Assembly (NCBI GenBank): GCA_008369845.1
Contig: MRSU01010827.1
Span: 1 to 38,551 of the forward strand
DNA from: Trichomonas gallinae
Lineage: Eukaryota
Direction: 5' to 3'
Length of the DNA stretch: 38,551 nt
The translations under genes were made by a program, and so were the position numbers. Numbering within the stretch: position 1 is the first letter of the stretch; every line of letters begins with the position of its first letter. Positions 11,566 through 21,000 of the stretch are shown in pieces. The notes beneath the pieces are model-generated. The model was given only the letters and a program-made list of their open reading frames with translations. It ran no database searches and was not told the DNA's origin.

Positions 11566-12570
11566 TCATATATGCTCAAGGGATCTAATCTTCTTTCTGA
11601 GATCCATCTTCTGCCTTAATAGGTTATTTTCCAATGCATGTCTCGCCTTGAAGACAACTGGTGTGTTTGGATGAACTTTAATATGTGGTACGTGTGGTAA
11701 TGTGTGGGTTCTCTTCACCATTTCTATTCTCCTGAGAGAATTTGGTGCGGAAAATCTTGCTGTCTTCTTGATGTGTTCAAGCATCTGCTTGATTGTCATT
11801 CTCTCCTTTGGATCATATTTCAAGCAATTGTGGATCAACCAGCCAATGATTCCTTGAGCTTTAATCTGGAAGTTAAATGTATTAGTCTTCGCGCAGTAGA
11901 TCAACTGTGAATCGCTTGTGTATTCAAATGGAAAAGCAAGCTCGCACATTAAGTGTAATGTAACCCCGAAGGCCCAGATGTCTACCATCATCCCATCATA
12001 GACTTTGCCGCACATTAACTCAGGGGCCATCAATTCTTGTGTGCCGCAAACTGTGCTGAGTTTGCCGCAGTTGAATTCTCTGCTGAAGCCAAAATCGATG
12101 ATTTTGGCGTGCATCTCTTTGTCGAACATGATGTTCGCTGGCTTGATGTCTCTGTGGCTAATTCCTCTTGAGTGCAAGTAATTCAAGCCTTCGAGGATTT
12201 CTGTGGCAACTCTGATTTGGTCTGCTTGCGGGAAGCGGCAGTGGCAGTCTATGAAGTTCTGCAGGCTTCCATTTTCAAGGTATTCCATTATAATGTAGAT
12301 AAATTCATCTGTGTAGATGATATCATAAACACGAGCTATATTAGGATGATTTAACATAGACACCAATCTCAACTCTGTCTCTATATACGGAAGAAGACCA
12401 AAATCTTTAGCAGTTGATCTCTCAATAACTTTGATTGCAACTTTCTCACCAGTCCTGCAGTGCTGGCCAAGATACACTGTGGCGAATCCACCACTGCCTA
12501 TCTCAGCTCCAATGTTATACTTTCCGACTTGAGCTTTGCTCATAATTGGTAGCTCTCTGATGGAAAACAT
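11566..12570 (-). CDS. CAMK-group Ser/Thr protein kinase (334 aa)
   Basis: GSGGFATV, VAIK, HRDIKPAN, DFG, CGT..MAPE and DIWAFGV motifs. Inr-like TCATAT lies shortly upstream of the ATG. Confidence 0.95.
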   Translation of the reverse strand: MFSIRELPIMSKAQVGKYNIGAEIGSGGFATVYLGQHCRTGEKVAIKVIERSTAKDFGLLPYIETELRLVSMLNHPNIARVYDIIYTDEFIYIIMEYLENGSLQNFIDCHCRFPQADQIRVATEILEGLNYLHSRGISHRDIKPANIMFDKEMHAKIIDFGFSREFNCGKLSTVCGTQELMAPELMCGKVYDGMMVDIWAFGVTLHLMCELAFPFEYTSDSQLIYCAKTNTFNFQIKAQGIIGWLIHNCLKYDPKERMTIKQMLEHIKKTARFSAPNSLRRIEMVKRTHTLPHVPHIKVHPNTPVVFKARHALENNLLRQKMDLRKKIRSLEHI

Positions 12571-13108
12571 AAAATTGAAATATGATTTTCAATAGCAGGA
12601 ATTCTGAACAACACAAAATTGGACATATTATATTTAGGCTGCATTCGTGTAGATAAAGTGGATGTTCTTTTTTCTGTAGAATATTTTTTGAAAACAAAAT
12701 TCTAAATCATATTTGAATCATATAAATGATCAATAAAATTCGGAGTTTTAAAAATGCTGCATTCGATGTGTAGTATCCATATATAGGAAAAGTTAAGTGG
12801 TAAACAAAACGATTCAATAGAAAAAATAAAATCGATTTCAATTAGCTTTTGAGAGGGTTAAAGTATGTAATTTGCTCCATTGTATTGCATACTATACCAT
12901 GAATACTACAATATTGAATTCGCATCATTTTATAAATTGAAACATGCAGTCAAATTTGAAAAAAGTTTGAGAATGAATAAACATGAAATTTACAGCCTAT
13001 ATAAGAAGATGTTTAATATTTATTAGTGTCCGACCGAACTTTTCTGATTCAAATAATTATATTTCAATGTAAACATGGAAATTTTCTGTAGGCATTTGAA
13101 AATTCCAA

Positions 13109-14270
13109 CAAGGAGTTCCGATATATCCTGTCTATATTGCAATAATGCAGCAATTTCAATTTGAAATATTACAGGCGAGATATACTTTTTACGATGACTG
13201 AAAAGTTATTGAACATCTATCGGGTTCATATCCATATCATGTGTTTAATATAAATATTCCATAGATTTGGTTAAATGTCGTATATTAAAATAACAATTTC
13301 TAAAGCAGCATAAAATTTATATTATCCAATGTGTTTGTGTGTGTATCTCTGTTGTAAAATTTATTGATGTATCTGATATATTAGTCGTGATGCAATATCT
13401 TAAAACAATGATTCGAATTGAAAATTACAATTGTAAGTAGTTAATATGGAGTCAAGACTTATTAAAATTCATGCAACATCCAATGGATAGTCGATACAAC
13501 ATCTTTTTGCAGTGAATTTTCCATTATCATTGATTGAAAGGTATAAGATTATTCATAATTTTCATTTATTCCTTATAATATCAACAGTTTAGTCATAGAT
13601 TGACTGTACTGTCGCTGAATTTCCAATTTCACACCAATGTATCAAAATCTCAAATTTATAAAACTCTTCATTAAGGCTTAATATTGATATATTCTGATGT
13701 TACAACCTAATATAAAATGGAACTATGCTTGATAAAGCTGTTAATGCCCAAACATTTCGAAATTGTTAGATTTCTGATTGGAATGAATCTCAGAAATGAT
13801 AACACATATATATAGATCACCACAATGAATATATACTAATTCACAAATTTGACCTGCAATTTATTGAACCCTTTATCAAGTTTTGACAATAATTCAAATC
13901 ATTAATTCGCCCTGGCGCTTAATGGCAAATAAACACACATATCTATTACAGATATATGCACCATATCTGTCATTAGATATATAAACATTGGGAAAAATCG
14001 TATAAAAAGCAATAGAAGATATGAATTAGATTAGTGTATAATATAAATATAGCCAAAATATCAATGGGTAAACCTATACCAACGACAGTAATGACACCTT
14101 TACAGGCATCAACAGAACATATTCAAAAATTCAGCGCATCAATATTTTTGATAAAAATATAAAGTCTATTCAATTGATAAATACACATTACTTAGATATC
14201 TAACCACTCTTCGGAGTCACTACAGCCAAAAGTAGCAATTTAAGCCATCTACGTTGAGATTTGCAGCAAA
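13109..14270 (+). pseudogene. Highly decayed ankyrin-repeat gene
   Basis: Fragments in several frames: IMQQFQFEILQARY (~13140; cf. VMQLQVAISQLNY of the intact ankyrin gene), GTMLDKAVNAQ/HFEIVRFLI (13719-13780), MTPLQAS (14091), STLRFAA (~14250). Many stops and indels. Confidence 0.45.
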
Positions 14271-15644
14271 TATCCTCATAAAGTGAAAAAATCTAATGTT
14301 TTTCGCCGCTAAAGGATTTTTGATTATTTATGTTAAAATAGAGAATAGTAGGGTATAAGAAGTTGTTTTATGCAATATAAATCAACTGTATTTAAAAGAT
14401 GATCTGTCATACGATTATTTCCAATTCAAAATCATTAGATTTTTGACAAATAAAGTATGATTATGACACGTAAACATAATTTGATATCTAAAATATGTTA
14501 GTATTAATATATCCTCTCTTACAGTTTACATAAATCGCAAAAAATATTTGCAAATTCTTATTTATATTTTTCTGTTTTAGAAAACTATTCATTTTTACTG
14601 AAATAATATGCTAGTACAATGTATTTGAGACCAGCATATCTTTATTCGCCTTATACGAGGTATATATCTATTTATAGTGTTAATTCGACTTTAAAATGAT
14701 AGATATATCTAAATTTCACCTAAAAAATCATGCTGTGGACTATATATAAGCTATCAAATATGATAGATATCGTCTGTCATGTTGATGGAAATTTTTTGAC
14801 GGCAGATGATGAATTTGTTATATTTTTTGACGTCAGAAAATATTTTTGCATTCGTTTTTATCTTGGCAATGGAATTTAACGAGCAGGAAGACAAAGGTAG
14901 CAGAAAATGACCAATTACATTCATGTTTTCTTGTTTATTTCATTTCAACAGCCAATCTAAATCAAAAAATTATTATGATCGATTTTCGTCGTTTTAAGCA
15001 TACCAATTGCAATTACATTTATAATGATTCTTTGTTATGAACTTACTCATCCAATTACTTAATTACAAAATAATTTTAAATTTTTCATGGTATAATTACA
15101 TACAACATCAAAACATAGTCAAATATTAGTACTTAAAATGCATACTAAACCTATTCAATTACATCAATCCGGGAAAACACACAAATAACACGCAATATCA
15201 AACTAAAATTTCAAATATACAACTCTTTGATCAATATTATATATACAAATGAGAATAGATTTAATAATAATAACGATCTATAAAGAATGGTACATTCATT
15301 GCTATTTAAATACGAAGATAGAATTCAATATGATACAGATCGTTCGACTTCATAATATTGCAATTGTTACAAGGAATATAGCGAGAATTTATCAATTAAA
15401 TTGTTCATAATGCACAAAAATTTCAAAAATAATATTAACCTTTGAACGGCGACAGCAGCATAAATTTATTATATTTATGATGAGTATAATCGATTCCCAA
15501 AAAGAAATTAGAATATGCATTAAAATATTTTGATATTTTGGAAAATTCAACAAAATTGAAGATTTGATGGTAATTTCGTATGGAAAACACTGTGATTAAG
15601 CGAACGCAGCAAATTTCATACGAAATCAATAAAATAAGGTTTCA

Positions 15645-15658
15645 AAAGTGACAGTGAC
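15645..15658 (+). promoter_or_regulatory. AAAGTGAC motif with tandem AGTGAC immediately before the ATG
   Basis: AAAGTGACAGTGACAA directly precedes the ATG at 15661. It matches the AAAGTGAC upstream motif (M2) reported for T. vaginalis. Confidence 0.6.
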
Positions 15659-15660
15659 AA

Positions 15661-16344
15661 ATGACTGAAGCTTTAGAAAAGACAATAACAACAGCGACTC
15701 GGCCCAACGTGAAGAAGAAACAAGCTTTTCAACGGCAGGCTCGCATCATGAATATTCCAAATGATGTTTTAACAAAAGTATCTACGAAAAAATCAACCCA
15801 AACTCAACAACAACTCTCTCCGCATTTTTCACCATCGAGTGTTCCTTCGAGTTACGCTTCATCGCCTCAAAGTTCAGGATATCCTTCGATGGATAATTCT
15901 CAATCAATGTTTCATTTCGTTAATTACGCCGAAAACGTTGTACAACAAAATCCTAATACAATTATTATCAACAACGTGCCTCGAGACGTAAACGAGGTCA
16001 TCGAAGAAATTATTAAAACAAGGCCGCCAGCTCCGGTTTTGCCGAAGCAAGTAATAACATATATATGCCCATTTTCCATGGTTCCTATTACTTGCCCTGG
16101 ACGAGGGGTGAATTGTCAACATCCTCAATGCTTTGACATAAGAGAATATCTTTTAGCTCAAGTTGATGGAAACTGGGTCTGCCCTATTTGCAATATGCCT
16201 ATTACTTTCGATGATCTCCGATTTGATACATTTTTCTTCAAAATCAACGACGGCAAAAATGAACAGCCTTCGTTGCAGTTACAGCCTCCAGATCTTTCTT
16301 TGGATACTTGGAATGATTTTACTACTGGAACTCAATATTTCTGA
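15661..16344 (+). CDS. SP-RING / MIZ zinc-finger protein (putative SUMO E3 ligase-like), 227 aa
   Basis: CPFSMVPITCPGRGVNCQHPQCFD...WVCPIC matches the zf-MIZ pattern. The N-terminal half is S/Q/P-rich low complexity. Confidence 0.9.
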   Translation: MTEALEKTITTATRPNVKKKQAFQRQARIMNIPNDVLTKVSTKKSTQTQQQLSPHFSPSSVPSSYASSPQSSGYPSMDNSQSMFHFVNYAENVVQQNPNTIIINNVPRDVNEVIEEIIKTRPPAPVLPKQVITYICPFSMVPITCPGRGVNCQHPQCFDIREYLLAQVDGNWVCPICNMPITFDDLRFDTFFFKINDGKNEQPSLQLQPPDLSLDTWNDFTTGTQYF

Positions 16345-16736
16345 TTTTAGTTTTTTTTGTTTCTATCTTAAATTGTTCGTGATACTTTATGTTATATGCA
16401 AATAATGCTAATAATATCATTATTTCATGTTTAAAATCAAATTATTCGATATTAAAAGATCAAAACTTCATACATTGACTCAAAACTTGATTATATTCGA
16501 TTTTATTGTGTGTGTAATAATGAAACTTTCACTTAAAAATCTAGATTTTTGAGACAAATTGATAAAGAATATAATATCAACATTTTTATAACATAATTAT
16601 TAAACATTTGTTTGTTGTTTGATTAGTGCTTTTTATAGATTTATACACAATTGATAATATTTGCAATCTAAAAAAAATTATATAATAATTATTAAAACTC
16701 TATTTACTAATAACAATATAATGGTTGCTAGATGAA

Positions 16737-17693
16737 TTAATGAGTTTTCTTCTTTCTCTGAAGAAATCCAACAATATTAACCAACAACGGGAATAGTAAA
16801 GCGCAAACCAAGAAAATGGCTTCAAAGATAGATGTTGAGTTAATGAAAGCAATTAATTCGCGTTGAATTGTCTCGAAAACATTTCTGTTTGTTATATCGT
16901 ATGAAAGTGCATCATTAAACTCTTTCATTTGATATTTTTGGCGGAAAACAAAGTTCTGGTTGTTCCAATCAATCACCGCTTGCTCGTTATTTGCAATGAG
17001 AATATTATTAAATGAAATATCACGATTTACGTGCCATATTTCGAATCCGAGGCCATAGCTTAATGGAACACGTAATTTATGATCAAATGATCCAGATTTA
17101 GCAGGAATATTATCAATTAAAATTGAATATGTGCCATTTTTGCGAATTATGAGTGTATATAGATGTGTCATCGTGTCATCAAATGGAATTGGTGGATTTG
17201 GAGCAACAAATTGTTTGAATTTATATGGTGAGCGATCAAATTCGTTTAAAATGAAATGTACTTTCTTCGATTGGCTACACCTGTCTGGTCCAAACATTAA
17301 AGCGTAAGTTGTTTCGTTTGTTACTTTAAGTGGATCAAAATCATTTGCAAAAAGCTTGATATATGCACCACTGCATGTAAAAGCAAACTCTGCGCGCATT
17401 TCGTACTGCAAAACGAAATCATCTGCAGTAATATTAATTGGCCGAGAAAATTTGGTGGAAACAGCAGAATATGTCTTCGCTTTTCTAACAAATAAAGCTA
17501 CTTCGCCCGGAATTGTCTGAGGAACTTGCGTTTCCACGATTTCCCAATCATTTGTATAATTTTCAGCCTCTGTTGGATGCCATCTCCTCGGGGACCAGTC
17601 TTTATCGAAGCTTTCATAGTAAAGAACATCGCATTTAGGTTTTCGCGGTAAAATCTTTGATAATGATGAAGAAAACAAAACAAAGAAAATCAT
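16737..17693 (-). CDS. Calnexin/calreticulin-family ER lectin, type I membrane protein lacking the P-domain (318 aa)
   Basis: Signal peptide, VLQYE, CSGAYIKL, MFGPDRC, THLYTLII and GLGFEIWHV..FNNILI motifs, a C-terminal TM helix and a KKTH (KKxx) end. GTCACTTT lies at 17702-17709 just upstream. Confidence 0.9.
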   Translation of the reverse strand: MIFFVLFSSSLSKILPRKPKCDVLYYESFDKDWSPRRWHPTEAENYTNDWEIVETQVPQTIPGEVALFVRKAKTYSAVSTKFSRPINITADDFVLQYEMRAEFAFTCSGAYIKLFANDFDPLKVTNETTYALMFGPDRCSQSKKVHFILNEFDRSPYKFKQFVAPNPPIPFDDTMTHLYTLIIRKNGTYSILIDNIPAKSGSFDHKLRVPLSYGLGFEIWHVNRDISFNNILIANNEQAVIDWNNQNFVFRQKYQMKEFNDALSYDITNRNVFETIQRELIAFINSTSIFEAIFLVCALLFPLLVNIVGFLQRKKKTH

Positions 17694-18081
17694 TATAATA
17701 AAAAGTGACGCGACTTCAAAACCAAATTAGTTCTTCATTGGATTTTATCAATAGGCTATATCCAATAAGCACACTAGCAGCGGAAACAGGCACAATTTAA
17801 TCATAACTGTTGATTTGGCATGATTCTATTCTCGAAACAAAAATCTTGAACATTGTTTTTATATCATCTTGAAATATGCGTGTATTACTTAGTGCAACAT
17901 TCATCGCTAATTATTTTAGGATTTAGTATAGTAGGATGCTAAATATCATGATATAAATATTGACTGCAAAATCTTATTAATTTGAGAAAACTCATAGAAT
18001 TTTTGTATGAGATATTTCAATTTTAATCAAAAAAATTAAATAAATAAAAAACCCTTTACATACTAAAAAATACCAGAAAAA

Positions 18082-21000
18082 TTAGTTCCATAAGTCTAAG
18101 ATGTCCTCTGTCTGTTCTGTTGTCTCACCTTCGCCTTCTGGCTCAGCGACATCTTCAGCAAATTCTTCTTCCTCAGCGTCTGGTCCTGCAATTCCTTCCA
18201 TTGGTGCATCGAGAGCAACAGCTTCTTCTTCGAGAACATCAGCATCAGCTTCAACTTCGTTTGCACATTCTAATGTCATCACCTCCAATGGAGCTTCACT
18301 CTTTGCCATTAATGCCATTGGAGCAATTTCATTCCTAGCCATCATGTCTATATCAGCAGATTTAGCTCTAAATGCTTGTGGCTCTGGAGCTGCAGCAGCG
18401 AATGAGCACAACATTGGAGCAGCGGCTGCTGGTGGTGGACATGGTGGTGGTGCGCCGCATGGAGCTGCTGCACGTGAGAAGGCCATTGGTGCTGCTGCGC
18501 CAAGTGCCATGTCGCAGCACTCCATTGGAGCAGCGAAGCACTTCATCATGTGGCGCCTGAACATTGGTCCACCGTTTGTGACTGGAGCTGGAGCAACATC
18601 GTTGCGAGCAAAGATGCCGAGCTTGGCGATGATATCAGTGAGCTCGTCGTCGCTGCCCTCTGGGAGATGCTGGAGGACGTCGTTGACGAAGATTGAGGAA
18701 AGGTTTGTTGCGCGCTGGAGAGAGCGTGGGAGCTTGGAAAGTTCGATGACATGCTCTGGAGCGAATGTTGAGTTGAGGTGGCCGTAGATCTGGCCGATCT
18801 GAACTGGAAGGTAGTTGCAAAGGTCAGCGTGGTTGGCGAATGATCTGATGAGGTGTGTCAAAGCTGTCTTCTTGTCTGTCTCAGCAACAAGCTTCTCAAC
18901 GTTCTCGTCGCCGAAGTATGAAACTGTTGTGACGAGGTTCAAGAATTCTGTGACTGCAACAGCTGGTGTTGACTCCTCGAATGTCTTCAAGACCTTGCGG
19001 CAGAACTTGGATGTGGCAACCATCTCCTTTGGCTCCTTGAACTCTGTGAAGACCTTGCCCACGGCATCTGCGATTGTTGTGAAGTCTGCGCCAAGTTTTG
19101 TGAATGACTCTGGGTACTCGCTGTCCTTCTTCCTGCGAGCGTTCTCCCTGAGGATCTTGTAGGAGTGCTTGGAGAGCGTCTTGATGGCAGACTCGTAAGC
19201 TGTGAAGCAGTTCGGGAACTCCTCATGAAGAGCAGCGAATGATGTGGCGAACTTGATGAATGACTTGTTGTCTTCGCCTGGAGATAAGCCGTTGAGGCCC
19301 TTCTCGATGAATGGAGCGATTCTGGCAGGAAGGCCTTCGCCAAGGTTCATCTCGCCGAGGACAGCTGTAGCGAGCTCGACGTACTCTGAGCGCGTTGACA
19401 ACAAACCGTTGATGATGAATGAGTCGACGACCTTCTCATAGAAGGCGCCAAGTTCCTTCGGGATTGTGATATCTGTTGTATTTGGTGTGTAGTGGGCTGG
19501 GTGAATGTTGCGGTTTGTGAACTCGCTGAGAGCTGGGATGTTCCTGATTGCTGAACATGTTGGCTGGTAGGCGCAGAGAAGGCAGAAGAAGACTGTCATT
19601 TCATCAGCGTTGCCCTTCTGAGCGATCTCAAAGACCTCGAAGACTTCTGGGATCTGGAGTCCGCACTGGGAGTGGAGCTGGCAGTAGTAGGCAGCGTTAG
19701 CGACTGCTGCACGCTTGCACTCGACGCCTCTCTTAGCGGCGAACTTAAGGAAGTCGACGTAAGCTGCTGGTGCTGGGAATCCGACAACCTGTGAGTCAAC
19801 GGCGGCTGCGCAGAGTGGGACGATGAATTCATCCAAAACTGTGGCACCCTTAAGGATGCGGTCGATGACTTCGTATGTTGGGATGAGGTTGTGTGCGAGA
19901 TAGTTAGCATCATCTGCGAAGAAGTAGCAGTTCATTGCAGCAACGATGTTGTCGACATTCTTGCTGTCAACGATATATCTGAATGCGCGAGATGGGCTGG
20001 AGAATCTCTCATGGACTGTGTTGTCTGACAACTTAGCAAGTAAGCCCAAGTTCTGGAGCTTGCCGAGTGAGTATGTGCCGATCTGGATGCAGTTGTTGGC
20101 CCACTCTTCTAATTCGTGGAATGTGACGACGTTCTTTCCGAGCTTCTTTGTAAGTCTTGGAGCAGCCAAGTCCTTGATGATCAAGTCGAGAAGAGCTGTG
20201 ATCATTGGAGCGTTTCTGAATGACTCAAAGTTGTTGACGTAGAACTGCTGGAGTGTGTTCAATGAGTTTCTTGACTCGTAGAACTCACTGGCGTTGCACT
20301 TGTTGAGTGCTTCGAAGATTGTCTGGAACTCAGCGACTGCGAATGATCCCTGGCCTGTTGTCTTTCTCTCTGACTTCTGGAACTTCTTCTCAGCCTTGAA
20401 GACTTCCTCGAGCTTCTCGCCGACAAGTTGGGCTGTGTTGTACTGTGTGGCGTTCTCGTAGTAGTTGTTTGCGGCGCTGACGACGTTGTTCAATGTGTTG
20501 AACTTGTAGTTCGTGAGGATGTTCTGGAAGTCTCTCTCCTGGCAGACTGTTGGTGTGTGTGGATGCTGCTTGAAGTAGATCTGGAACTCGAAGCCGTCGA
20601 ATGGTGGTGGTGGAACATTCTTCAATGCTCCCTTCTCGTCGAGGAAGACGAACTCGTACAACTTCTTGACTGTCGCGAAGTCAAAGATAGCGTCTGGATA
20701 GAGTTCCTTGATCATCGGGAAGTAAGACTGGTTGTAGATGAGTCTGATTGATTCGCCAGAGACCTTGAAGTAGTGCTCGAGTCCGAAGACTGATGGAAGC
20801 TTGAGCTCAATGTACTTAACAAGTGGAGCTGATGCGTGATCGATTGCGAACTGTCTGAGGCTGATGAACATCTTGGCGCGCTCTGTTTCGTACTCGATTG
20901 GCTGATAGACTGCTGCGTAAGCGTTGACGGCCTTGACGACTTCGAACCAGACGGCCTGAGAAAGCTTGGCGGACAAGTCCTCCTGGTTGTCTGGTACGTG

